A DNA stretch of 41,006 nt, from contig JADGCD010000003.1 in assembly GCA_015229165.1 (NCBI GenBank), forward strand, positions 1 through 41,006, written 5' to 3'. Within the stretch, counting starts at the first letter, position 1. Every line of letters starts with the position of its first letter. This document shows, piece by piece, positions 17,064 through 26,839 of the stretch. Below the pieces are notes generated by a model. That model had not been told where the DNA came from and searched no databases. It saw only the letters and a program-made list of their open reading frames with translations. Both the position numbers and the translations under genes were made by a program. The stretch is from Nitrospinota bacterium (GTDB lineage Bacteria; Nitrospinota_A; UBA7883; JADGGD01).

Positions 17064-17648
17064 CTATCTGATGACGAACGGCAGGCTCGCCTCGGCCACG
17101 GCGTCGGAGAGTTCGTCGTTGACGACGATCTTGTAGACATACTCTCCCGGCGCAAGGCCGGTGATGTCGATCTTGTTGAAGCCATAGATGTCCAGCGCCG
17201 GCTTGTTCCCCTTGTGGGTGAAGCTGCGGGCCTTGCTCTCCCGGTAGAGGATCTCCCCGGCGGCGGAAAGGAGGAGCATGTCCTGCGAGAAAGAGACGGC
17301 GTACCCCTCCGGCGTGACGCTGGTGAAGAGATTCGTCGGCTCGTAATAGAACTGGATCTCCCGGGCGTTGGTGACGACGTTCCCCGGGAAGGGGACAAAG
17401 GAGCCGTACCCTTCCACCGAGCGACAGAGGGTGAAGTCGACGATCATCAGGGGGGAGCGGTTCTGGATCTCGATGATCCGGTCCTTGAGCGCCCGGATCG
17501 ACGACGGCATGGGGCTCCCCTTGTCGGGGGCCGACCGTTCGGAGGTCTTCTCCTTCATTCCCTCCTTCTTCGGGCTCTCCACTCCGTTGGCGAAGGCGGA
17601 CGACGAAAGGGACAGGATCAGGGCGACGACGACGGGCGACAGGCGCAT
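17064..17648 (-). CDS. Exported hypothetical protein
   Basis: AGGAG RBS, signal peptide (..SAFA), beta-rich C-terminus (LAPGEYVYKIVVND). Confidence 0.7.
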   Translation of the reverse strand: MRLSPVVVALILSLSSSAFANGVESPKKEGMKEKTSERSAPDKGSPMPSSIRALKDRIIEIQNRSPLMIVDFTLCRSVEGYGSFVPFPGNVVTNAREIQFYYEPTNLFTSVTPEGYAVSFSQDMLLLSAAGEILYRESKARSFTHKGNKPALDIYGFNKIDITGLAPGEYVYKIVVNDELSDAVAEASLPFVIR

Positions 17649-17677
17649 GGGGCTCTCCTTGCGTAACGGGTCTTCGG

Positions 17678-19255
17678 CTATTCTACGGGAAGGACGATGA
17701 CACCGCTATCCCGGACCATTCCGGGAACCGTCAGGACGAAGCCGACGGCGTCGGTCCGGGCATGGGCGCCCCGGTTCATCGGGATCAGGTCGACCACCGC
17801 CCCCTCGGCCTCCCGGTAGGCGTCCTCCACCACATACCCTTCCGGGGTGGGGCGGACGAACCAGACCGTTCCCCGGGTCAGGGTGGGGGTGGAGAACAGT
17901 CCCCGCTCGGCGTAGGTGGCCCCGGCCACGACCACCAGCGGCCCCAGCGTGGGGTCGATCACCCGTTGCGGAACCGGCGGCACGGCGTAGGAACGGTCGG
18001 GCGCTCCCCGTTTGCGGGCCACCACCACCCGGGGGGAGGCGCCGAACTCCCCCCCCCGCCAGGTGACGACGCCGCCGAAGGTGAAGAGGAGCAGATCCCC
18101 CCGGCTCCCCGACCCGGCCAGCTCGAAGGCGCCGTCGCCATCCAGGTCGAACCGGTTGACCCCCACCGGGATTTCGTTGCCGGTCATGGTCACCGCCGCC
18201 ACGAGCCTGAGGCTCCCCTCCTCCGCCGTGACCCGGCTGACCTTCATGGTCGGCGCAGGGAAATCCTCCATCCCCTCCTGCGCCAGCAGCGCCCCGTCGA
18301 CGGTCAGGGAAAAGTAGTGGGGCAGCCCCTGCTGCAGGGGGACAAGGCGCCGGTCGGCCAGCCGCAGGACGAAGGAGGCGAGCCCCTCTTCGCGGTAGGC
18401 GTTGACCAGCAGTTCGTCCGTCCCGTCGCCGTCCAGATCGTAGGGAACCAGACTGACCGGGGTGACCTCTCCCGCCCCGGCCTCCGCCAGCGTCACGAGC
18501 CGCTCCCCGTCAACCCCCACAACCTTGACGCCGCTCTTGGTGGCGTAGGCGAGGGTCAGGGAGGGATGGGCCGGGTTGGCCATGACCGTGGCCGACTGGA
18601 CCACCTCGTCCACCGGATAGCGGCGGATCGGCACCCGGTCGCGCAGGGTCATGTTCTGGCTCCGGTCGGCCACCAGCGGGGCGAACTGTCCGTTCCAGGG
18701 GCGTCCGAACACGCCGCCTCCCTCGGTGGCGATGGAGGTGGCGCCGCTGGTCGCCCCCGGCGCGGCGGCCACGGGGAGGGACGGCGCCCGCCACGGGTCG
18801 TCATACGCCGCCACCGCGATCCCCGCCGGATCGAGCAGGACCAGCTTCGTCCCCCCCCCTTCGCTCCAGGCCACGACCACCCGGACCGCGCCGATCCGCC
18901 GGGCCAGCAGGGCGAGGGCGTCTTTCTGCTCATCCCCCAACGGCGGCCCCGTCAGCGGCGTGCGACGGTCGGCCAGCCGTTTCAGGAAGAAGCGGGCGGT
19001 GTCGGCCGGGGCGACATCCAGCGAAGGGCGTTGCCGGGCCGCCTCCTCCAGCGACCGGAGCCGCCGGTCGGTGGCCGGGTCGCCCGCGGGGAGGGTCAGC
19101 CAGAGAACCCGCCGGGGGAAGGGGGGGGGAACGATCCCCTCGGCGGCGAAGAGCCGGTCGACCGTATGTTCCGGCGACGGGGCGGCGAGGGAGGGCGCCG
19201 CGTAAAGCAACAGAGCGGCGACCAGTGTCGAAAGAAGGCGGGACAGGAGAACCAT
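17678..19255 (-). CDS. Exported FG-GAP/VCBS-repeat beta-propeller protein
   Basis: Signal peptide from ATG 19255; DLDGDGTDELLV and DLDGDGAFELA motifs. Confidence 0.7.
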   Translation of the reverse strand: MVLLSRLLSTLVAALLLYAAPSLAAPSPEHTVDRLFAAEGIVPPPFPRRVLWLTLPAGDPATDRRLRSLEEAARQRPSLDVAPADTARFFLKRLADRRTPLTGPPLGDEQKDALALLARRIGAVRVVVAWSEGGGTKLVLLDPAGIAVAAYDDPWRAPSLPVAAAPGATSGATSIATEGGGVFGRPWNGQFAPLVADRSQNMTLRDRVPIRRYPVDEVVQSATVMANPAHPSLTLAYATKSGVKVVGVDGERLVTLAEAGAGEVTPVSLVPYDLDGDGTDELLVNAYREEGLASFVLRLADRRLVPLQQGLPHYFSLTVDGALLAQEGMEDFPAPTMKVSRVTAEEGSLRLVAAVTMTGNEIPVGVNRFDLDGDGAFELAGSGSRGDLLLFTFGGVVTWRGGEFGASPRVVVARKRGAPDRSYAVPPVPQRVIDPTLGPLVVVAGATYAERGLFSTPTLTRGTVWFVRPTPEGYVVEDAYREAEGAVVDLIPMNRGAHARTDAVGFVLTVPGMVRDSGVIVLPVE

Positions 19256-19263
19256 GAGACCTC

Positions 19264-20724
19264 TCAAGGGGCGATAAGGGTCAAACATTCGAGGGTGGAG
19301 CTCCCCGCGCCGAAGGGGGCGAACCGGTGACGGGCGGCCAGAAGCCTTCCGTCGGGGAGGAGGGTCAATGCCGTCACCGGCCCCTCCAGCGCCGGGCTCT
19401 CCCGGACGACGTTCCACGCATCCCCCCGGCGGGCCAGCAGGGCGACCCGCCCGGTGGCGTATCCGGCGGAGGGGATGAAGGCCGACGAGCGGATATTGCG
19501 CGCCACCGCGAGCCGAATGGGATCGGCCATAACCACGGGCGCGGCGGAGAGTTCGAAAAGGTCCGTCCCCTCCCCCCCGTGGCGCAGGGGAACCGACAGG
19601 GGGGAGCCGCCGTAGCTCTCCCCGATTTTCCCGAAGGAAAGGTCGGCGCCGATCGGGCCGACAAGGCTTTGCCGGTCGTCGATGGCCACCGGGTCGGGGA
19701 GTCCGTCGCCGGTCAGATCAACGAGCGCCACCCCCGAGAGGGACGCCCCTTCCGCTAGCGCGACGAAAGGGGTCGCAGTGACTCTCCCCTCATGCCGCTC
19801 GAGCCGGACGATCCGGGGGGCCAGCGACCGGTCGGGAAGCTGCTCCCGCCCGTAGAGGAGTCCATCCCCCCCCGCGATGAGAAGCCACTCGATCCCCTCC
19901 GCCAGCGGGGCCAGTCCCCCGTCGTCGGCCACCCGGTAGATCCGGGAGCGGACCAGGGCGCCGACCAGGGAGGAGACGAACAGCTCCCCCTCCCGATAGA
20001 AAAGCCCCACCACCTCTTCCGGCTCGTCGAGCGGCGTCTCCCCCAGCGGCGACAACGTCGCGCCGTCGAAACGGTAGAGCGCCAGCCGGTTCCCGACACC
20101 GACGAAGAGCCGCACGGCGCCGTCGCCCGCACGATACGAAGCGAGCCCCCCCACCAGCCCGTCGACGGTCAGCGACGGTCCCATCGCCTCCCCCTCCGCC
20201 GGAGAAACGGGGGCGCCGATCCCGACCACAATCCGGGGGGCGGCAAGGAGCGGGGCGTCGAGACGGGTCAACGTCTGGTACAGCCGGAGCCGTTCGCCGG
20301 TGGGGGCGTAGAGGGAGAAGTCGGCCAGCGTCTCCTGCCGTTCGAGGGTCAGCTTGATCACCACCAGCCGGTCGACGCCGAGGGACGCCATAAAGCGGGC
20401 GGTCGTGTCGGGGGAGCCCCCCAACCGGTCGGCGTCGATACCGGCGTCCCGGGCGGCGCGGCTGAGGGCGAAGGGGGAGACCCACGCGACGCCGGGCCAG
20501 CGGGCGGCGGCGCGGGAGAGGGAGTCGGCGACGGAGGTCTCGTCGGCCAACGTGGAAGGGGCGTCGAGCAGGAGCGCTCCCATTGAGCCGACGGGGGGGG
20601 GGGACGCCTTATGCAACGCCTCCATCCCGTCGTCCAGCAGGGCCGCCAGAGGGGTGGCGCGGGCCGAACCGCTCCCGCCAATCAGCAGGGCGAAGAGGGC
20701 GAGGGGAAGGAGGATCGGCTTCAT
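19264..20724 (-). CDS. Exported FG-GAP/VCBS-like beta-propeller protein
   Basis: Signal peptide (..SARA); DLTGDGLPDPV; same overall layout as the downstream gene. Confidence 0.65.
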   Translation of the reverse strand: MKPILLPLALFALLIGGSGSARATPLAALLDDGMEALHKASPPPVGSMGALLLDAPSTLADETSVADSLSRAAARWPGVAWVSPFALSRAARDAGIDADRLGGSPDTTARFMASLGVDRLVVIKLTLERQETLADFSLYAPTGERLRLYQTLTRLDAPLLAAPRIVVGIGAPVSPAEGEAMGPSLTVDGLVGGLASYRAGDGAVRLFVGVGNRLALYRFDGATLSPLGETPLDEPEEVVGLFYREGELFVSSLVGALVRSRIYRVADDGGLAPLAEGIEWLLIAGGDGLLYGREQLPDRSLAPRIVRLERHEGRVTATPFVALAEGASLSGVALVDLTGDGLPDPVAIDDRQSLVGPIGADLSFGKIGESYGGSPLSVPLRHGGEGTDLFELSAAPVVMADPIRLAVARNIRSSAFIPSAGYATGRVALLARRGDAWNVVRESPALEGPVTALTLLPDGRLLAARHRFAPFGAGSSTLECLTLIAP

Positions 20725-21013
20725 CGGCTCACATGGCGGTTCAGGGGCTTATGATAGCACCGAAACAAAAGCCGGGGCCGCCGAAGCGCAGCCTTGCGGC
20801 CGTTCTCTTCCCCACCCGTCGATGAAGAGCCGCGTCTTCGCACCCCCGGTAGTTGAATTGATTTCCGTTCCGGGGGTACTTTGCCGCTCATCCTGGATGG
20901 GTGAAGCCCCCCTTCACCGAAACCCAAGAAGCGGGCGTAGACCGCGGCGCTACACGCTACCGGTAAGGCGTCGAGCCGTTGGCGAGACCCTCGCGCCGCC
21001 CCCGCGCAGGGGG

Positions 21014-22138
21014 CTAGAACTTGATCTGGAACTGGGTCCGGATCGCGTTGTACGACGACTCCCCCTCGGGCGAGAAGGTGGCGTACTCCATCTGAACCTT
21101 AAACGCTTCCCCCAGATAGTAGTTGAGCGTCACCTCGGTCTCGTCGGTCGTCCGCTCGTGGTCGGGGGCGCCGTGGACGATCCCTTTGTCGGCCTCCTTG
21201 GCCATCCGCCCCACCAACTCCAGCTTCGTCGGGATCAGGAAAATGCCGGCCCGGACGAACCATGCGGTCATTTCGGCGTCGGGGAAATCGAAATCGTTCG
21301 AACCGGCCTTGATGTGGGCGTACTCGCCGTCGAGCCAGAGAAACTGCGGCACGATGGCGTACTCGGCGCCGACGGAATAGACCGTCCGGTCGATGTCGAT
21401 GGCGGTCAGCTCGGTCCCCGCGAGCGTGGCGCCGTTATGTTTGTTCATGGCGTAGGAGGCGGTGAACTGGCCATGCCCCCCCATGTGGGCCACCAGCCCG
21501 ACGGCGTAGGCGGCGTCACCGACGGCGTTGGAATAGACCGCCCCGCCGGAGACGTCCCCCCCTACCGCCATGTTGGCCCCGGAGCCGTTGGTGACGGAGA
21601 AGAGCAGGGAGAGGGGGTCTTTGGCCGGATCGCCAAAACCGAACTTGAGCCCGAGGTCCCGCGACGAGGCGTTCTGGGCGAAGAAGGCGGCGGTGAGGGC
21701 CGTCAGCCCGGCGTCACGGTCGATGTTCTTGAGCCCGGAGGCGCTGGTCATCGACTCTTCCCAGGTGATGAACGGGCGGAACCGGCCGAACTGGGCGTAC
21801 ATCGCCCCCCCCCGGACGCCGAACCAGTAATCGACCAGCTTCACCGAACCGCCGGCGCTTTCCATCATGACGTTGTAATAGACGGCCCCACCCAGCAGGT
21901 CCCCCTTCATGCCGGAGCGGAACCGCCGGTCCTTGAAGCCGAAGGCGGTGGTTTTTCCGTTTTCCCCCCCGGCGGTCTGCACGGTGTCCCCTTCCGTGGC
22001 GTCCTCCGAAAGGAGGAGCAACACCTGCCCGTAACCGTAGATCTGGTGGGCGTCGTTGACCATGTAGGCCCCCGCCTCCGACGGCGCAAACGCCAGCAGG
22101 GCCGCGACGGCGACCAGACCGGTGACAAAATTTCGCAT
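21014..22138 (-). CDS. Outer membrane porin (OprO/OprP-like beta-barrel)
   Basis: AGGAG RBS, signal peptide, RRFRSGMKG, GRFRPF..EE, SRDLG, amphipathic strands, C-terminal Phe (TQFQIKF). Confidence 0.75.
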   Translation of the reverse strand: MRNFVTGLVAVAALLAFAPSEAGAYMVNDAHQIYGYGQVLLLLSEDATEGDTVQTAGGENGKTTAFGFKDRRFRSGMKGDLLGGAVYYNVMMESAGGSVKLVDYWFGVRGGAMYAQFGRFRPFITWEESMTSASGLKNIDRDAGLTALTAAFFAQNASSRDLGLKFGFGDPAKDPLSLLFSVTNGSGANMAVGGDVSGGAVYSNAVGDAAYAVGLVAHMGGHGQFTASYAMNKHNGATLAGTELTAIDIDRTVYSVGAEYAIVPQFLWLDGEYAHIKAGSNDFDFPDAEMTAWFVRAGIFLIPTKLELVGRMAKEADKGIVHGAPDHERTTDETEVTLNYYLGEAFKVQMEYATFSPEGESSYNAIRTQFQIKF

Positions 22139-22277
22139 TGGCCCTCTCCTCATTGTGTGTGCCGCGCCTCCGATGGGGACGCCTCGTGCCGATAGGGTCA
22201 ATTCTCTCCCGTTCCGCAAGGATGTCAACGGAATACGGATACCGTTGTCCCCTTCCCCCCGGCGGGTATAATGCCCC

Positions 22278-23624
22278 ATGTGCCATCTGTTCCTCCCCCT
22301 CGTCCTCGTTGCGGCTGCGCTTCTTGCGCCGGGCCTCTGCCGGGGCGCCGACGGGGTCGTCGAAGTGGGGGCTCTCCTTCCCCTCACCGGTGGCTACGCC
22401 CCCCACGGACTGACCGGGCAGCAGGCTCTGACCCTAGCGGAGGAGGCGATCAACGCCCACGGGGGGATCAAGGGGCGCCCCGTCCGGTTCGTGGTGGCCG
22501 ACACCGCCTCCGACCCGGCCATCGGGCTGGTCGCCGCCCGCCAGTTGGTCGAGGAACGAAGGGTGGCCGCCCTCATGGGGGGCCACTCCTCGGCGGTGGC
22601 CGAAGAGGTGGGGGAGATGATGGTGACCCGCCGATTCCCCTTCCTGATCACCTCCGCTACCGCCGACCGGCTCACCGACCCGGCCACCTATACCCCCCCG
22701 GGACGGCGTCTGGCCTCCCTGCGTCGGGAGATCGTTTCGGCCAAAGGGGGGGAGCGGACTCGGCTGGCGGCCCAAATCTCCCTTGTGGCCCAACAGGCCG
22801 ACCACGAGGGGAACGCCCTCGCCCCCCACTTCACCCTCTTCCGGATCGCCCCCTTGGCTTCCGACGGTGACGAAGGGGTGGCCTCTTTCCTGACGGCGGT
22901 GGCCCATCCCCGCTCGGCGATGATTGTCTACGAACGCTCCCTGGCGGGGGGCGCCCGGGCGGCCCAGTTCGCCCTGACCCTCAAGCGGCTCGGCATCCCC
23001 CTCCTCACGTCCCTCCCCTACAACCCGGCGGGCGCCGACTTTCGTCCCCTGCTCCACCATATCCGCAAAGAGACCCCCGACCTCCTCTATGTGGTCGCGC
23101 AGGGGATCGACGCCCCCCTGTTCATGCGGCAGGGGGCCGAACTGGGGATCGCCCCCCGGCTGATCGTCGGCGCGGGGGAAGGGTTCGCCGACGACACCTA
23201 CGGCGAACGGGCCGCCGGGGCGGGAGACGCGGTTTTCGTCAGCCCCCCCTGGACCCCCCGTTTCCCCTGGCCCGGGGCGAAGGAATTCGCCGACGACTAC
23301 CGGCGCCGCTTCGGAAACATCCCCGACCATCACGGGGCCCAAGTCTATGCAGGCGCCCTGGTGATGGCCGACGCCCTGAATCGGGCGACAGGACTCGAGC
23401 CCCGACAGGTGACCGAAGCCCTTCGGGCGACCGACCTGATGACCCCCTTCGGGCCGATCATGTTCGAACGGCGGGGAAAGGGGCTCCAGCAGAACCGCCC
23501 GGTCCCGCTCCTCCTCCAGTGGCTGGCAGGCAAGCCGAAAATCGTCTGGCCCCAGAGTTACGCCGAGGCGCCCTACGTCTATCCCATCGATTGGCTCAGA
23601 GGGAGAGAAGGAGACAACTGGTGA
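22278..23624 (+). CDS. Type 1 periplasmic substrate-binding protein (LivJ/LivK-like)
   Basis: Signal peptide; VGALLPLTG, INAHGGIKGRPV...DTASDP, MGGHSS, DFRPLL, TPFGPI.F. Confidence 0.88.
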   Translation: MCHLFLPLVLVAAALLAPGLCRGADGVVEVGALLPLTGGYAPHGLTGQQALTLAEEAINAHGGIKGRPVRFVVADTASDPAIGLVAARQLVEERRVAALMGGHSSAVAEEVGEMMVTRRFPFLITSATADRLTDPATYTPPGRRLASLRREIVSAKGGERTRLAAQISLVAQQADHEGNALAPHFTLFRIAPLASDGDEGVASFLTAVAHPRSAMIVYERSLAGGARAAQFALTLKRLGIPLLTSLPYNPAGADFRPLLHHIRKETPDLLYVVAQGIDAPLFMRQGAELGIAPRLIVGAGEGFADDTYGERAAGAGDAVFVSPPWTPRFPWPGAKEFADDYRRRFGNIPDHHGAQVYAGALVMADALNRATGLEPRQVTEALRATDLMTPFGPIMFERRGKGLQQNRPVPLLLQWLAGKPKIVWPQSYAEAPYVYPIDWLRGREGDNW

Positions 23625-23710
23625 TGAATCATATATTTGGCTGCATCGACCGGCTACATTGACCGCACGCTGTCAATTATTTTCCCATTCTTGGAATCCA
23701 TCAGCCCCAC

Positions 23711-24003
23711 CTGTCATCAAATCCCCCGTAGAAGGCGAACAGAAGGCCAGCAGTAGCGGTCTTCGCAAAGGACCATCCCGCTGTTTGGGAATGGGACGCC
23801 CGGTCCGTCGACACGACGGACCGCGGCCTTCGCCGACACCGACAGTTTTCATCGCCCCTGAAGGGAGGGTGAATCCCCCTATTCACCCCCTTATGGAGCC
23901 GGTTCGGGACGCCCGTCCCGGACCGTCTCCGCCAAAGAAGAAAAGGGCCGGTCCGCGCCGTCTCCCCCGACGTCGAACAACGGATCGGCCCTTTCTCTTT
24001 TTC
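23711..24003 (+). ncRNA. Candidate structured RNA / hairpin cluster (unassigned; strand uncertain)
   Basis: Five or more consecutive stems with G-U pairs in an intergenic region lacking a convincing ORF, ending in a U-rich tract. Confidence 0.3.
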
Positions 24004-24161
24004 GTCCCCGACAACGACGCAGGAGGACAGCGCCACGGCAGGTCGAGTTTCCGTGACAAGTCGGCGCACATCCATTAAAATGACCGCTTGTTCTTCTCCC
24101 CCTGCCGCAGGCCGGCCCGAAACCGGAAACGCGGCGACGAATTCGATTTGAGCGAGGAAAT

Positions 24162-25877
24162 ATGTACTCACACGACGTAGTCATCGTCGGCTCCGGTCTG
24201 GCGGGCTTGCGCGCCGCCATGGAGCTGGCCGGACACCTGGACGTGGCCGTGGTCACCAAGGTCTACCCCTCCCGCAGCCACTCCGGCGCCGCGCAGGGGG
24301 GAGTGGCCGCCGCCTTGGGGAACATGGACGGCGACACCCCGGAAGCCCACCTCTACGACACCGTCAAGGGTTCCGACTTTCTGGCCGACCAGGACGCCGC
24401 CGAAATCCTGACCTCCGACGCCATTCGCACGATCTACGAGATGGAGCACTTCGGATGCCCTTTCTCACGGACCCCGGAGAACAAGATCGCCCAGCGGGCG
24501 TTCGGCGGCCACTCCTACCAGCGGGCCTGCTACTCCGCCGACCGGACCGGCCACGCCCTCCTGCACACCCTGTTCGAGCAGACCTACCGGCAGGGGGGGA
24601 ACATCCAGATCTATTCCGAATGGTACATGCTGCGCCTCATTGTGGAGGAGGGAATCGCCCGCGGCATCGTGGCCATGGACATCCAGACTGGGCGGATCGA
24701 AGTCTTCCGGGCCAAGACGGTCCTCTTCGCCACCGGCGGCTACGGCCGGGCCTACAAGATCACCAGCAACGCCTTCGCCAACACCGGCGACGGCATCTCC
24801 GCCGCCTATCGGGCCGGCATTCCCCTGATGGACATGGAGTTCGTCCAATTCCATCCCACCGGTCTCTACCAGCACGGCATCCTCCTCTCCGAGGCCGCCC
24901 GGGGCGAGGGGGGCTATCTCCTCAACGGTAACGGCGAGCGGTTTATGCAGAAATACGCTCCCAGCAAGATGGAGCTGGGGCCGCGCGACATCGTCTCCCG
25001 CTCGGAGCAGACCGAGATTAACGAAGGACGGGGCGCCGGGCCGAACAAGGATTACGTCTACCTCGACCTTCGGCATCTGGGGCGCGAGAAAATCATGGAG
25101 CGGCTGCCGCAGGTCTACCATCTGGCGAAAGACTTCATCGGCGTCGACGCCGCCGAAGCGCCGGTGCCGATCCAGCCGACGGCCCACTACTCGATGGGGG
25201 GCATCCCCGCCGACAAGGACTGCCAGGTATTGCTCGACGAGAAGGGGAACAAGGTCACCGGCTTCTACGCCGCCGGGGAATGCTCCTGCATCTCGGTCCA
25301 CGGCGCCAACCGGCTGGGCACCAACTCGTTGCTGGACGCGCTGGTCTTCGGCCGCCGGGCGGGCAAATCGATCCTGGCCGCCACCGAGGGCGCCTCGTTC
25401 GCCCCGGTGGACGAGAAAAAGGAACTGGCCGCCGCCCGCCGGGAGATCGATTCCCTGCTGCACAACGGCGCCACCGAAGATCTCCACGCCATCCGCGAAG
25501 AGCTCAAAGAGACCATGACCCTCAAGGTCGGCGTCTACCGCAACGGCGAGCAGATGAAAGAAGCCCACGGCACGATCAAGGAATTGCAGGCGCGGTTCGT
25601 CAACGTCCGGGTGGACGACCGCCGGAAGAACTTCAACACCAACCTGCTGGAAGCCCTCGAACTGGGGCATATGCTGGAATACTCCGAGCTGATCGTGGCC
25701 GGGGCCGAGGTCCGCACCGAATCGCGCGGCGCCCACGCCCGGGACGACTACCCCACCCGCGACGACGAGAATTGGCTCGCCCACACGCTGGCGTTCAGGA
25801 AAGACGACGGCGGCTACGAGCTGAAGTACAAACCGGTGACCATCACCCGCTTCAAGCCTGTCGAGAGGACGTACTGA
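24162..25877 (+). CDS. sdhA: Succinate dehydrogenase/fumarate reductase flavoprotein subunit
   Basis: GSGLAGLRAA, RSHSGAAQGG (covalent FAD His), QFHPT, EAARGEGG, HYSMGG, HGANRLGTNSL, RTESRGAH. Confidence 0.96.
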   Translation: MYSHDVVIVGSGLAGLRAAMELAGHLDVAVVTKVYPSRSHSGAAQGGVAAALGNMDGDTPEAHLYDTVKGSDFLADQDAAEILTSDAIRTIYEMEHFGCPFSRTPENKIAQRAFGGHSYQRACYSADRTGHALLHTLFEQTYRQGGNIQIYSEWYMLRLIVEEGIARGIVAMDIQTGRIEVFRAKTVLFATGGYGRAYKITSNAFANTGDGISAAYRAGIPLMDMEFVQFHPTGLYQHGILLSEAARGEGGYLLNGNGERFMQKYAPSKMELGPRDIVSRSEQTEINEGRGAGPNKDYVYLDLRHLGREKIMERLPQVYHLAKDFIGVDAAEAPVPIQPTAHYSMGGIPADKDCQVLLDEKGNKVTGFYAAGECSCISVHGANRLGTNSLLDALVFGRRAGKSILAATEGASFAPVDEKKELAAARREIDSLLHNGATEDLHAIREELKETMTLKVGVYRNGEQMKEAHGTIKELQARFVNVRVDDRRKNFNTNLLEALELGHMLEYSELIVAGAEVRTESRGAHARDDYPTRDDENWLAHTLAFRKDDGGYELKYKPVTITRFKPVERTY

Positions 25878-26839
25878 TGACCGCCACCAACGTCACCTTC
25901 AAAGTCTTCCGGTTCGACCCGGAGAAAGATACCGAAGGCCGCTATCAGGACTACACCCTGGCCGTCGCGCCGGGCGAGACCATCCTGAACTGCGTCAACC
26001 GGATCAAATGGGAGCAGGACCAGACCCTGGCCCACCGCTTCTCCTGCGGCTCGGCCATCTGCGGCTCCTGCGCCATGAAGATCAACGGCCACGCCACCCT
26101 GGTGTGCAAGACCCAGGCGATGGACAAGGTCAAGGACGGCGTCATCCGGATCGACCCCATCGGCAACCTCAAACCGCTGCGCGATCTGGTGGTCGACCTG
26201 ACCCCCTTCTGGAAATCGTTCGAGAAAGTCGAGCCGTGGCTGGCGCCGGACGCCCACAGCGCGCCGGAGAAAGAACGGCTCCAGACGCCGGAGCAGTTCG
26301 CCAAGATCGACAACTCGACGACCTGCATCATGTGCGCCGCCTGCTTCTCCGACTGCAACGTGCTGGAGGTCGACAAGCGCTACTACGGCCCGGCCACCCT
26401 GGCCAAGGCCCACCGGTTCATCTTCGACAGCCGCGACGCCCGCACCGAAGCGCGGCTTCGCAAAGTCACGGAGGAGACCGGCGTGTGGGACTGCACCCAC
26501 TGCGGCGAATGCTCCACCCGCTGCCCGACCGAAACCAAGCCGCTGGCCCGGATCAACGAAATCCGGCAGGCGGCCATGAAGGCCGGCATGCACGATACCT
26601 CCGGCGCCCGCCACGTCCTCGGTTTCCGCGAGACCGTGGGCAAACGGGGGCTGCTGGACGAAAATTACGTCCCGATCCGCTCCGTCGGCTTCTTCAATCT
26701 GGCCGGACTCCTCTCGCTGGCCCCGGTCGGATTGCGGATGCTGGCGCGCGGCAAGAACCCGCCGTTCATCCCCCACTCCATCGAAAAGGCCGGGGAAGTC
26801 CGCGCCATCTTCGCCAAGCGAGAGGAGCTCAACAAATGA
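25877..26839 (+). CDS. sdhB: Succinate dehydrogenase/fumarate reductase Fe-S subunit (type E)
   Basis: TGATG coupling; SCGSAICGSC..C, CIMCAACFSDC, CTHCGECSTRCP (extra Cys, second 4Fe-4S), C-terminal extension. Confidence 0.95.
   Translation: MTATNVTFKVFRFDPEKDTEGRYQDYTLAVAPGETILNCVNRIKWEQDQTLAHRFSCGSAICGSCAMKINGHATLVCKTQAMDKVKDGVIRIDPIGNLKPLRDLVVDLTPFWKSFEKVEPWLAPDAHSAPEKERLQTPEQFAKIDNSTTCIMCAACFSDCNVLEVDKRYYGPATLAKAHRFIFDSRDARTEARLRKVTEETGVWDCTHCGECSTRCPTETKPLARINEIRQAAMKAGMHDTSGARHVLGFRETVGKRGLLDENYVPIRSVGFFNLAGLLSLAPVGLRMLARGKNPPFIPHSIEKAGEVRAIFAKREELNK

Noticed and set aside
23730-23845. c-di-GMP-I or lysine riboswitch (GCAAA..GGGACGC; AGAAGGCG..AGTA..CGCCGA)
   Set aside because: Only fragments match. 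The GCAAACC/GAAA/GCAAAG spacing and the lysine P2-P5 architecture are absent, so it is kept as an unassigned structured region.
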